A stretch of 64,000 nucleotides of DNA, from contig CM097885.1 of NCBI GenBank assembly GCA_044892525.1, positions 20,338,001-20,402,000 of the forward strand, in the 5' to 3' direction. The position numbers and the translations under genes were made by a program. The stretch is from Schmidtea polychroa (taxonomy: Eukaryota). Below are positions 15,047-28,500 of the stretch, piece after piece. The first letter of the stretch is position 1. Each line of letters starts with the position of its first letter. The notes under the pieces are model-generated. The model was not told the origin of the DNA. It was given only the letters and a program-made list of their open reading frames with translations, and searched no databases.

Positions 15047-15640
15047 CAGTGGTGCCCAAACTTTTTATCAAGTGGGCAACTATTTAAATGAAAAAGTCTT
15101 TGCGGGCACATTTTTGAAAAATTAGTTAATAGAAAAATGATCTTATAACAATCTTTTTATTAGGAAACATGCATTTGTATTAAAAATTTAAAATAATAAA
15201 AATAATAATGTGAAACAAAACAAACAAATTTATTTATAACATCATTTTAATGCGGCTTTTGAATTTGAGTCTGGCTAACAAGTTGATCAATATCAGGATT
15301 GATTTTTGAATTTGATAATAGAATGAGGTTTTCCAAGTGAGCATCAGTGAGTGAACATCTGAATTTGCTTTTTATGTAGTTCATTGAAGAAAATGTCTTC
15401 TCACAAATGTAAGTTGATCCAAATTTGACCACAAACCGGAGTGCCATGTTGTTAAGTTCAGGATAGTCATTTTTTGGAACAAGCTTCCAGAATGCTTTTA
15501 AGTCGGGTGAAATAGGTGATTCACAAAGCTCTTGAAACTTTCTCTTTAATCCTGTGTGGTTTTGAATGTCAGTAATTTCCATCTGTATTTTTGGAGAATA
15601 CTTGCTGATTTCACTTTCTGATATAGAGAATGGATTAATG
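15047..15640 (-). mobile_element. hAT element 3' end, truncated by the duplication junction
   Basis: CTTTAGGC plus TIR cagtggtgcccaa; dimerisation-domain ORF 15247-15582 (FGSTYICEKTFSSM); matches 35126-35719. Confidence 0.92.
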
Positions 15641-15684
15641 GAAATAAAGGTAAAAAAATGTCCTGGGAGAAACGTTTTGTTCGA
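15641..15684 (+). CDS. ROCK: ROCK-like kinase, partial exon (start of PH domain), cut by the junction
   Basis: NKGKKMSWEKRFVR, then a GT donor at 15685 and a 50-nt intron ending tcag at 15734. Confidence 0.65.
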
Positions 15685-15734
15685 GTAATTATACAGTTTC
15701 TATATTTGGAATTACTTATCCTAAATTTTATCAG

Positions 15735-16032
15735 CTCGAAGGTGAGTCTCTTTCTTTCTATGGGGAGGATATTCAAATCTGTCATTTTCAATTATCACTT
15801 TCAAGCTTGATCTTTGTAAGATCGGTTTCTAATGTCGACGTAATACATGCAAAACCATCGGAAATACCGCGGATATTTCAAATATGTTACGACAAAAACG
15901 ATTCTCTTTATTTAAATGCTCAGATGAATCCAATCAACAAATCTACCACTTCCATAAATAGCGTGGAATCTTTAAAGAGCAGTAATTCAAGTAATGAGAA
16001 TGATGCCAATGCTACCGTTAAGGAGAAAAAAG
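15735..16032 (+). CDS. ROCK: ROCK-like kinase exon (split PH domain, N-half)
   Basis: LIFVRSVSNVDVIHAKPSEIPRIFQICY resembles ROCK LFHVRPVTQGDVYRA..EIPxIFQILY; phase-1 GT donor at 16033. Confidence 0.8.
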
Positions 16033-16337
16033 GTATATTTTCTTTATTGAAATATATTATTATTATTACTATTAAAATAACATTAATTTATTCATATATT
16101 TTGGGTAATATCGAGTTTGTTTTCCTTGTTGCAAACATATATGCTCCTGTTTTAATATATTTAAGGTTTAGGTAGAAGATTGACATTATTATTCTCGAGT
16201 GAGTTCTTGTTTTCGCTATTGTTGAAATATTTTATATAATTGGTGGTCATGTGTTGAATTTTATTGCTAATACACGAGCAAGGATTCCCTCTCTCGTCAT
16301 TGGGTCACAGTTTACAGGTTATGTAATTCAGATGCAA

Positions 16338-17758
16338 TATACATACAAATTTTGATTGGATGGATACATACAAATTCAATATACAAATTTTAATTTGATA
16401 CACACATACATATTCAGTAGACATCATAATTTGATTGGATGCACAAATAAATATTCAATATGCATCATAATTTAATTGGATGCACAAATAAACATTCAAT
16501 ATACATCATAATTTGATTGGATACTCAAATAAATATTCAATATGCATCATAATTTGATTGGATACACAAATAAATATTCAATATGCATCATAATTTGATT
16601 GGATACACAAATAAATATTCAATATGCATCATAATTTAATTGGATACACAAATAAATATTCAGTATACATCATAATTTGATTGGATACACACATAAGTAT
16701 TCAATATACATAATAATTTGATTGGATGCACACATAAATATTCAATATACACCATAATTTGATTGGATGTACAAATAAATATTCAATATACATCATAATT
16801 TGATTGGATGTACACATAAATATTCAATATACATCATAATTTGATTGGATACACATAAATATTCAATATACATCATAATTTGATTGGATGCACAAATATA
16901 TATTCCATATACATCATAATTTGATTGGATACACACATACATATTCAATATACATCATAATTTGATTGGATACACACATAAATATTCCATATACATCATA
17001 ATTTGATTGGATACACACATAAATATTCCATATACATCATAATTTGATTGGATACACAAATAAATATTCAATATACATCATAATTTGATTGGATACACAC
17101 ATAAATATTCAATATACATCATAATTTGATTGGATACACACGTACATATTCAAAATACATCATAATTTGATTGGATACACACATAAATATTCCATATACA
17201 TCATAATTTGATTGGATACACACATACATATTCAATATACATCATAATTTGATTGGATACACACATAAATATTCAATATACATCATAATTTGATTGGATG
17301 CACAAATATATATTCCATATACATCATAATTTGATTGGATACACACATACATATTCAATATACATCATAATTTGATTGGATACACATAAATATTCCATAT
17401 ACATCATAATTTGATTGGATACACACAAATATTCCATATACATCATAATTTGATTGGATACACACATAAGTATTCAATATACATAATAATTTGATTGAAT
17501 GCACAAATAAATATTCAATATACATCATAATTTGATTGGATACACACATACATATTCAATATACATCATAATTTGATTGGATACACACATAAATATTCAA
17601 TATACATCATAATTTGATTGGATACACACATAAATATTCAATATACATCATAATTTGATTGGATACACACATACATATTCAATATACATCATAATTTGAT
17701 TGGATACACACATAAATATTCAATATACACCATAATTTGTTTGGATACACATAAATAT
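16338..17758. repeat. Intronic minisatellite, 41-bp unit, about 34 copies
   Basis: Unit aatatacatcataatttgattggatacacacataaatattc repeats head-to-tail without spacers. Confidence 0.95.
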
Positions 17759-18413
17759 CTTAATTAATTTTTAATAATAATAATGGTTAATAAAATTTAA
17801 ATTCTCGAATTTATTCTCCATTAGTTGAAATTATCTATTATATAATCCAGGTCCGCTTATATTGGTAAGTAACCAATTGGTATGGGTTGGTAGAGGGGGA
17901 AATTGAGTTTATTAGTTTTTTGTTTATTGGTATGGAATTATAAAACCAACAATTTAATGCCCATGTCTGATTGTCGCTTCTAAACATTCCATCATAAATT
18001 ATTCCCATGTGAAATGCAATACATAAATAGCAAGATAGCTAAGCGATAATATTAGATTGAAACACCGGCTTATTATGTCGTTATTTATTTATTTCTAATT
18101 TAAATGATTTAGATTAAAACCCTTTTAATGTTTTTGAGGTATTTTATATTCGTATAGCTATTTATTATATACAGACTCAAATTATAATTGTAATATTTAT
18201 TTTTCTCACTGACTTCCTTATCTACTCTAGAAAATATGAGAAATGTAATTTAATATTCATGGATTATTTTGTTTCCAAGGAATTACAATAAATTTACATT
18301 TTTGATCTAATTTTTACCATTTAAACTAAAATCAATATAAATTATTAAATCAAATAAATATATAATTGAACCAGAATTAAAATTAAATCTATAAATTACG
18401 CCAATAACATTAC

Positions 18414-19017
18414 ATTATTACATTATATTAATTGATATAATATTAAATTAGTTTACAGGTAAAATCCAAATTAAATTTTATGAATTTAATTTCCAATTTA
18501 AAACTAAAAATTTCCCAGCAAAATAATTACTAAAAATTTCTTTTAGTATAAATATTTGTAAATATACATGTTAAAAATAATTATAATTCAATTGCAACTT
18601 TAGCAGTGCTTATTTGTTTCTTGTTTCACCTACGAGATGATTGAAATTACTGATACATTACCTACTAGTCCTTGTCAATCTCCTGGAATTTAGCAATCTT
18701 CTTTCCGAAAATACATTTCTATCTTTCTTTTATTTCCTTTTTCTTAATTCTGATTGGTTATAAATATAATATATACTTTCTTTTTATGATTTTCTATTTT
18801 TTTATTTATTATTATTATTTTTTATTATTACATTATATTGATGTAATATTAAATTTGCAGGTAAAACCACAATTAAATTTTTTGAATTTAATCTCCAATT
18901 TACAACTAAAAATTTCTTTTAGTATAAATATTTATAAATATACATGTTAAATATAATTCAAATTGCAACTTTAGCAGTGCTTATTTGTTTCGTGCTTCAT
19001 TTGTTTCTTGTTTCACC
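18414..19017. repeat. Imperfect ~200-bp direct repeat in the ROCK intron
   Basis: ~18414-18630 resembles ~18822-19017 (…aattgcaactttagcagtgcttatttgtttc). Confidence 0.7.
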
Positions 19018-19075
19018 GACCAGATTTTATATTTTTGTTTCTTTGTCGAAATATTTTTTACGGATTTTTCAACAG

Positions 19076-19608
19076 GTTTAGATTTTCGGAAAAATAGTTT
19101 TGCTAGATTTCTACCGATTAAAAGTTTCAAAGCTAATAAATCCAAAGAAACTCCAGAATTGCCAAACAATTTATCAAATAACTTTCCGTTGTTTATGAAA
19201 GGTCACATTTTTACAATGATAACCACTGAAACGAAATCGAGTTGTCAAATATGCAACAAACCCCTCAATAACACTAGTAGTCTCTTATCGTCAACCATGA
19301 CCAATGCCCAGAAATCTTTGACGAACTCCTTCTCCACAGATTCCCAAACCCACATTGCATGTGCTTCGCAATATCCAGATAAGGTCTATCAATGTCGACA
19401 TTGTCTGCTGAAAATTCACGGCTATGATTTGGATACTCTCTTCAATTGCACCCAATCGGTTGCCATTCAATTGTGTCGAGCACCCTCAGAAGCGGCACAA
19501 GCGAATTGGGTCAAATATCTGAACCAATTCGTCAAACCCCAATCGAAAGCGATTTGTGATTCAGGAATGTCAACACCAAATACGAAACCTCGATCTTCAA
19601 AATGCTAG
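19076..19608 (+). CDS. ROCK: ROCK-like kinase last exon (C1 zinc finger plus PH C-terminal helix)
   Basis: Phase-1 acceptor caacag|gt fits the upstream donor; KGHIF…CQICNKPL…CRHCLLKIH…APSEAAQANWVKYL; AATAAA at 19803. Confidence 0.8.
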
Positions 19609-19834
19609 CTCAAGAAATCCTTCTAAACTAACAATTAGATTTATTTCTGAATAGATTTATGTATTTTTGCTTTCATGTTTATATGGATTACAATCTCCTC
19701 TGTAATGTTTGTCTGTAGATATATATATTCCTCGAGATTTGTGAGAGTTCTTGATTGCTTGTAGATCCCCTGTATTATTGATGATATTCTTTTTATTGTG
19801 AAAATAAATCATTACTATTTGTTTTTTCGGTAAA

Positions 19835-20739
19835 TATTATTTTTATATTTGTTTTGATTGATTATATTTATATTATTATATTTTGTCTTGATTGATTATA
19901 TTTATATTATTATATTTTGTTTTGATTGATTGTATTTATATTAATATACTTTGTTTTCATTAATTATATTTATATAATATTTTGTTTTAATTGATTATAT
20001 TTATAATAATATATTTTATTTTGATTGATTATATTTATTTTATTATATTTTGTTTTAATTAATTACATTTATATATTTTGTTTTAATTGATTACATTTAT
20101 AATAATATATTTTGTTTTGATCGATTATATTTATATTATTTATATGAATATACTTTTTTTCATTAATTATATTTATATAATATTTTGTTTTTAATTAATT
20201 ATATATCTATTATATTTTTTTAATTGATTATATTTATATTAATATATTTTGTTTTGATTGATTGTATTTATATTAATATACTTTTTTCATTAATTATATT
20301 TTTCTTAATTGATTATATTTATATTAATATAATTTGTTTTGATTGATTATATATTATTATATTTGTTTTGATCGATTATATTTCCATTATTATATTTTGT
20401 TTTAATTAATTATATATCTTATATTTTGTTTTAATTGATTATATTTATATTAATATAATTTGTTTTGATTGATTATATATTATTATATTTGTTTTGATCG
20501 ATTATATTTCCATTATTATATTTTGTTTTAATTAATTATATTTCTATTGATTTTTTGTTTTAATTAATTATATTTCTATTATTACATTATGTTTTGATTG
20601 ATTGTATTTATATTAATATACTTTTTTTTGACTAATTATATTTATATAATATTTTTTGTTTTAATTTATTATATTTTGTTTTAATTAATTATATTTCTAT
20701 TATTATATTTTGTTTTGATTGATTATATTTATAAAATAA
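19835..20739. repeat. Degenerate AT-rich satellite, copy B
   Basis: Same motif, immediately 3' of the ROCK-like polyA signal. Confidence 0.85.
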
Positions 20740-20774
20740 ACAATAAAACTTTGTGATACCCAGTGCAAATCCCA

Positions 20775-20816
20775 ATAGTAGACTACTTTCGAGATTTTGG
20801 CTCTCATCAGTAATAT
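20775..20816 (-). ncRNA. Hammerhead motif, duplicate copy
   Basis: Identical to 696-737. Confidence 0.55.
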
Positions 20817-23800
20817 GCAGGCGACGGGAAAATTTCTCTTCGCGCCAGGTAAGTATACAATATTGTCGATTCAACTTTATTGCATACTTTTCCTGGTACA
20901 CTGGAAATCACATGACTTGGTAAATGGCTTCGTCACAGAAAATCTGTAAACTTGTAAACATGGCGTATGAAAAATCATAATCACCTTATTGTTGGGCTTA
21001 ACGCCACGATTGAAACAAGTTAAAACTGAATCGGATATAAGAAAAAGATCTAGGATTAAAATAAAATAAATAAATAGGTCCAACATCAACTGATTAAAAT
21101 CAAAAGCCAACCAAGAGAAACCGAAATAAACAATAAAAAAAGAGAAAAAACAGAATAATAAAAAATGATTTAATGAAATGAGATTTAAGAAAATAAAATT
21201 CGAAAACGCTAAAAAATGAACCAAACCAAACATAAAATAAATAAACTATCAACATAAAGCACAAAATGATTTAATAAAAATGAATTATTACACCAAGTAA
21301 GAATAAGGAGAATCTACAAAAATCATACTAAAATAGGAAAATTAATGAAAATAATAAAATAACAATAGATAACGAAGCAATTCAACGAAGCAATCAAAAT
21401 TTAAATTAAGAAAAATATATAAATGAAAAAAACAACACAACTCGGCCCTGATTGGACCAAAAAACAATATATAAGGAGGACATAAATATCATTTATTAAC
21501 ACTCTAAAAAATTCTATACGGGTAAAATTTCATATGCATAACTATTAACACTCTAAAAAATTTTATACAAATATAAACCCTAGGAAACTCCATACAGATA
21601 TAGCCACTTACCGACTCATTCAAACAGGATACCTAGCATCACTACATTTAAACCAATTGTGAGAAAGAGAGATTGAGCAACCGAACCGAACACGAGATCA
21701 TCTATAACCGATTCAGTTTTAAGAATTTTATTTCAGGATTCAGGGTATGATCATTTGATTGTTTGTTGCAATACTTATCATTTATGCAGTAAAAATAGAT
21801 TTTTAAAGTTGTAAATAAATAAATTATTAAATTGAGGATTTCACGAGTTCTCGCTTCTTCACGGGACTGGCGACGTTGCTGTCTGGGAGCTTCGAAAATG
21901 ATGCCAAGGAATTGCAGATGTTATTGATAACAGTTGGGAAAAGACCACTAATGACTCGAAGGTAGTTATGTATCAAGAACCTAAAGTCGTGAAAATTATT
22001 TAACCTCCAATGACATTGAAATGAGGATCAGAGAATTTTGTGGAAGGATATGAGTTGTATCATGCGGGGAATGAGGAAATGTCGATGAACCGGCCTAGGA
22101 TATTATGATCGGAACCCACATGGCATGGTCGCTAGGTAAATTGAATTTTTCATATATATATATATATATATATTTGTTTTTCAACGGTTTAATGATCCAC
22201 ATAGATCGGTAGTAATACATATTTTTCATGCTTCATTTTATATTGGTTGGGTGGATCCGTTTATTGTGATTGTGTGAAGACGGCGGGCAGAAATGTCGGT
22301 GACCCTCAGGTGTGTCACGGTAAGTGGAGAAACTCCGTTGTAGGTCTATAAAAGTATTTAAATACTTTGTATTTACCTTAAGTATTTATTCGACATAATC
22401 GAGAGAATTGAAATAAATCCGTTAGAGTATTCTGTCGTTGACTTATTCCTCAGTAAGAACGGAGAGAATCATGTAAATCCATTTCGAATATAGTCAGATC
22501 TACGTATTTTTCCAAGCCGATAATTTCGACTTCATTAGGACAGACGACGAAAAGAGATGAAACGTTTTCTGCAATTAGGTAGAGATTCCGATCGATAGAA
22601 AATTCCTCTGTCATAGATAATATCACAAATCTGTCTTGAATACTGATTCCACCAGTAGTGCTGAATGTAAATATTTAGTTTTTCCTGAATTATGAGAGGC
22701 AGTAGTAGCAAGTCAAAAATCATTACAGTGCAGACATGAAGCACCATAGCATCGACACAACAACCTGTCATTTGTCAATCTCCAGCGACACGAGTATAAG
22801 ATGTACGAATGGCGATTTTTATTAATAAAATCTTTACCGAGTATATTTAAGATGTATTATTATATATTTCAATTTTCAATAATTAATTCCATTGTTTTAA
22901 TTATAAATTTTGGAGATATAGCATTATATATATATATATATAGAATAATTTTTCAATTTCGTTTATACTTTTATATTCATATTGCTGTTACTATTACTTA
23001 ACTATTACAAAGTTACTATTACAAAGGTCATTGTTAATTAAGAAGTACAAATGAAGGTGGAATTTCAAATTCCAGAAAAACAAAATAAGGGAAAAAGCCG
23101 TATCTTGACAGCTTGTCAAAGATAGCGAAATTGTCGGGAGAAGGCGGCTTAACAAAAAAGGAAAATGGAAAAATATCTGATATCTGTCAGAGATCTGTCA
23201 CAATCTGTCGCCAGTGCCACAAATAAACTAACTATATAAAGGAAAACTGGTGGACATGGAATTAGAAGAAAAATTAGAGACAAAGTGACGCGAAATTGAA
23301 AACGATTTGGAAGACGATTGATAGACAATTTGAGAGACGATTTGAGATACGATTTTATAGACGATTTGAGAGATAAAATTATTGGAGAAAATTAGACGTT
23401 GGACGAAACGTTGTTGGACAAACGATTGTAAAAAATAATTGTAAAGGAAATAATTGTGGAAAATAATTATTGGAGAAGAGTTGAAGAAAAGAATTAGTTG
23501 AATAATAAAACGAGAAGAAGTTATTTGATTATTTGAATAAAGTTTGGAAGAAAGTCAACGAAAACAACCAGCTGAAAAATCCCAGTTTAGAAACCAATCA
23601 GTAATTTGTGATCTTTTAATCCGGTGTCATACACAAGTGTTTTTCCTCACCGAGTGTTGTAATAAGCATTGTATAGTCACCAAGCAGAGTGTTGAATTTA
23701 TTGCCAATGTAAAGAGAAAGATTATTTGTGATTATCAATAAAGATTTTTGTTGTCAAGTGTTATTTGTGAATCGGTTCAAGACACACTTGGAGTCAGAGT

Positions 23801-25288
23801 AACATTTAAAATTATCACCCAACAATATTTTAGAATATTTTCCATTGACTTCATTGGTTTCGTGGCATTTTGAATTAAAGATTCTTAGCCACCATTCTCT
23901 TCTACCGATGGAGACACTTGATTCTATTATCTGCATATAGTAATATTAATAATAATAATAAAAAATTAAAAATAACATACTCCTACGGACCACTTAAAAG
24001 AATTTTCAAGGTCAGAGCCAGAATGGATTATCATATTCTTCATATAGAGAAAACCTATTACAATTCTGCTCTATTTGATTTGATCATCGAATAGTATGTC
24101 AAAAACCTCTTTGAATGATCGCATTTTCTGTTCTATTGTTTCCAAGTTGGTTATAAGGTAATACCAAATTGTCTGGTATTACCTTACTATCGTCTCAAAA
24201 TGTTCCACAAGCAACTGCAAATTCTTGATAATCTCTTTACTTTGGTCATTTGAAATTAATCCGTTTAATAAATTTATTATGAACGTAGTTTGAGAGATTT
24301 TATAAATACTATTTGAAGTGATTATCTATTTATATTATTAATTTTGAGTTTCAATATGAATCTAATTGATTAATTTCTTACTATTATCCCCTAAATAACA
24401 ATTATGTGCAATTTCAGTTCGCGATAAACAAAGCCATAATATACACGTAGAGATTTTCTTTGTCTGTGTGTGTAAATTTACATGTTTAATTTGTGAAATA
24501 CCGCTTAAATCTTTCCCCATATTGACGTTTTCACATATACACACACATTTTTGAACCCATAAAATCCCCACCAGGGGGTTCATCCAGCGGTGCCCAATTT
24601 ATAAACTATAATAATAATATTCATACTATTTCTAATAATTTTTATATGAAACAAATAAATAATAAGCGAACGGCAGGCGCTAAAAACTAATTACTCTTTT
24701 GTTATGGCTCAACCATTTCGTAACAACATTTTTATTGTTTTCTATTTGTTTAAAAATTTCATGCTTAAAGTGACCTACCAAATTCACGCTTTATATTATT
24801 ATTTTTTTTGATAATCTTTTCTGATATAAAAATAATTTTTGTCCAATATTTAATAAATATTTACCTACTTTGCCACTTAAACTTTTGATGTAAAGTCCTC
24901 AACGTGCCTTAAGTAGTGACATATTTTGCATTTTACAAAAAGTGTTAGTTCATTTTTTCTTTTTCTGGGCAAACAATAACAACTTTTTTGAATTTTTCTT
25001 TCAACATTAACTCATTAAACATGTCAAAGAATTCTGAATTAAAACTGGATGTGGCACGATAATACAATAATTACATTAAAATATATTGCCGCCAGAATTT
25101 TTTGAATATATCTTGAGGTATAAATGTTCCTTAATCCATGAAAGGATCAAAGTGTACAGTCATACCAATATAGGTATTTCTGTCCTAGAATGACATGATT
25201 TTCATAATAATTTCATAAAATAATTTCATCTATGTTTGTCTAATATTTCAATAAGGAAAAGTACTTTCAAAAGACTGGTAATATTTAA

Positions 25289-25505
25289 CCCTGTAGAGCG
25301 CGCGCTAAAAAAACTCAATTTTTAATTTACCTCTTCACTCGTTGTCGTTTGTAAATATTCATATTTATCCATATATTTCTCTTGAAGCATTTGTGACATT
25401 CTTAAGGAGACATATCTTACCGGCTATGACGTTTTTTCAAACTCAATTTTTTTACGCAAAAAAAGATCGTCTGGGTCTGTGAGACCCAACGCGCCCTCTG
25501 GAGGG
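25289..25505. mobile_element. piggyBac-type MITE, duplicate copy
   Basis: Same as 5210-5426. Confidence 0.8.
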
Positions 25506-28500
25506 TTAATAAGTCAGTAAGAATCCAAGAATCCATTTTAAAACTCATTGGGACATTATTTTGTTTTGATTGTCATTTTCAGATTCATTTATATTAATTT
25601 AATTAGAGTTTTCAACGAAAATCCAAGTTAAATTTTGTTTGAATTTTGTATATAATTATTTCTAAACTGTTTGAATTTTCATTATTTAACTATCGGCTTA
25701 ACCCGGTGGTGGCCTGTCAACTGTTATCTTAATTTCAATTAATTTGTCATCATCAAATACCATTTTTCCAATTTTAAAGTCACTTAGGTTACATGAGAAA
25801 TTTCTGAGATAAATATAACTTTATTTAATTTGTATAAATTTTTATTTTACTCTTATCAGTTGCTTGTAAAAACTCGACAAGATCCGGAATCGAATTCAAC
25901 GATATTGCCATGAGATCTTAGAACCTTAGTGGAACCCCACCAAGTCATATCGAATATCACATTTGTGTCGATTTTTGTTAAATACATATTTATAATTCGA
26001 ACGGTAATAAAAATTAAAATAAATAAACTAAATTAATTTAAATAAAAAATTAATTAATGACTTTAACCAAATGATAGCAAATAATTAATCAAAAATATAA
26101 TATTTATATTAAATATATATGCAAATTTGTTATACTGAACTAAGAGTTTTATTTGTTTGATTTTGGTAAAAATCATTTCGTAAATTAAACTGAAATTTGT
26201 AAATATATATTTATTCACAATAAAAATAAAAATTTAGTTTTGTTTATATTAATTATGTAATTTTAAATATCAATTAATATACTTTTAAAATTTTTGCAGC
26301 TTTATTTATCTCACATGCTTTATTGATTATTTTCTAATTTAGTTATTATATTTTATTATATTTTATATTTTACTTGCCAATTTATTTCATATTGAGTTTT
26401 CAAAATTCCAAGGGTTCCAAACCACTGTAATACATTCTTTTCTCTTCATGTAAAATTTATATTTGTTTTATACATACTATTTTCTGTACTGGAAACAAAG
26501 ATTTAGAATAGACAAAGTGACACAGTAAAAATGAATTGAGGGAAGTTTCATGGGGAGCTACCCGACAGCAAGCTAATAATCAGAAAGATAGACGAATAGT
26601 ATAAAATTTTATCCCATTTAAAAGCTTCGATAATAAAATTTGCATTGTTATGTTGGGTTTTATTAATTCAATTCGGTTACCTCTGACTCCACGTGTCATT
26701 TTAATCGTAAATAACAAAACTATGAACTATCCAACGTATATTTGAATTACAAAAATCTCTCAAAATCCAAAGATACAATCAACGCAGCGTTTTACAAGTT
26801 TAATTGGTTCTCCGCGCGGCGTTGATGTTTTGTCAAAATCTTTATCAATATTCACCTTTTTGTCCACAAACTTCCTTTTAATCGAACTTTTACTATTTGA
26901 TCTGGTTTGCTTCCAATTCGATTTTCATCTCACGTCTCGAATATCTCCTAACTCTATCCGTTCGTTTCCTTAACTACCTGATTGTCCTAAGCTCGATTTC
27001 TTCGAGTCCGTAGCTAAGTTAAAATGTCAGTTTTCTCTGATTTTCCTATTCCTTATATACTTTCCGAAATCGGGATGACAAATGGTTATTGACGAGCCAA
27101 TCTCTCTCCTGAGATTCTACTCCACCTATCTATCAGCTGTCACCCAAATTAGTCCTTTCTGCACGCACTATCTTTTTCTTTGTCGTCTCCCATTAATCAT
27201 TGTGACATTATAATGGGCCAAAATTTTCCTTCTGTTTACTTTTCTCTTTGTTTACCCAACTCGGGATTTCTTTCTACTAGCTAATTAATTAATTAATTAA
27301 TTAATTAATTTCATTTTCTTGTTTTTCATCTTTTACGCACCTTTTCGCACTCTTTCTAGCACTTTCTGAAAGTTCCGTTATCACCATGTTATTCCTCGCT
27401 AATTATTTTTATTTTTAAAATTTTTTTATCAATAGCTTTTTCAAATCTGATAACATTCCACTAATCAATGCAAAAATAAAATCTTGCTCATTTTTCTTGC
27501 TTTTTATTATTACAATATCACAAATAAGTCTTTGTTGCAACTATAAATAGAAAAATAATGAGATAAATGGAGAGAAAAAACATTAAGAATTCAACAACAT
27601 TGATTCATTTGTTACGTTTAACAGGCATTATAAAGTGTTTTTATCGATTTTCACAATCATCTTTTTAATATTTGGAAGAATTTCGGCGTTTCAATCCGCT
27701 AATTTCAAATCCACTAAATTTTCAATATTAAAACAAAATAATCAATTACTTGATAGTATAGAAAACACGCAAACTTATTTGTGTGCTGAAAATTCATTTG
27801 ATCGGATACACTTTTTATTATTTGGTGTACCAAATCGCAATAAGTAAGAGTATAAATGATACAAAATAAAAGTTTCAATAATATAAAAAAATTAACTAAT
27901 AATAAATGTGTGTATGTCACATTAACAAATGTGACAATAAATAAGATCTTTTAATATATAAAGATATATAAAGATATCTTTATATTTATTATAAATTTCT
28001 AATGTTTCCATATCACCAAGTAATTAATTAAAAAACAGTGTAATACATATTGATATTTAAATTTTGTTTAAATTATTGTTTAATTTGTAACGATTTTAGA
28101 ATGGTTTTCAAGGGGTACCACTAATTTAAAATTTATTTTTTGAATTATATTTAACCTATGACTAAGATTATGATCAGGATTTATTAAATTTAATCAGACC
28201 CGAATAAGAATTCGGCCATTAAAAATAATTTCTCAATAAAGTATAAATTCTGCTGTTATTCTAATTAAAATAATATCAAAAACGGATAATTTTGCTAACA
28301 TTTCTTCAAAAGAAATTTTAACAATTTTAATTTGCCACTAATGATAACTAAAATATGTTAATAAAGATCATCTTTGAAATAAATTTAATTAAATAATTTT
28401 AAATAGAAATTCTAAAAAAATAGAAGAAAAATTAATCTGCAATTAATATAAATCAATAATTGAAAACTTTTTACAGAATTAATTTATAATTTGATTTTAA

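Larger units (their letters stand above)
1..15640 (+). repeat. Copy A (5' part lies outside the window) of a 20,079-bp tandem segmental duplication
   Basis: The duplicated ORFs recur at +20079. Identity ends at 15640/35719 (…ggattaatg|g vs …ggattaatg|a). I noticed only two substitutions by eye (3962 T/24041 C; 10243 G/30322 A). Confidence 0.97.

Noticed and set aside
15546..15791. 81-aa minus-strand ORF
   Set aside because: Spans the duplication junction, antisense to ROCK exons and out of frame with the transposase.
16338..17758. CRISPR-like array
   Set aside because: No unique spacers and no cas genes; it is a head-to-tail minisatellite in a spliceosomal intron. ORF 17355-17549 is a by-product.
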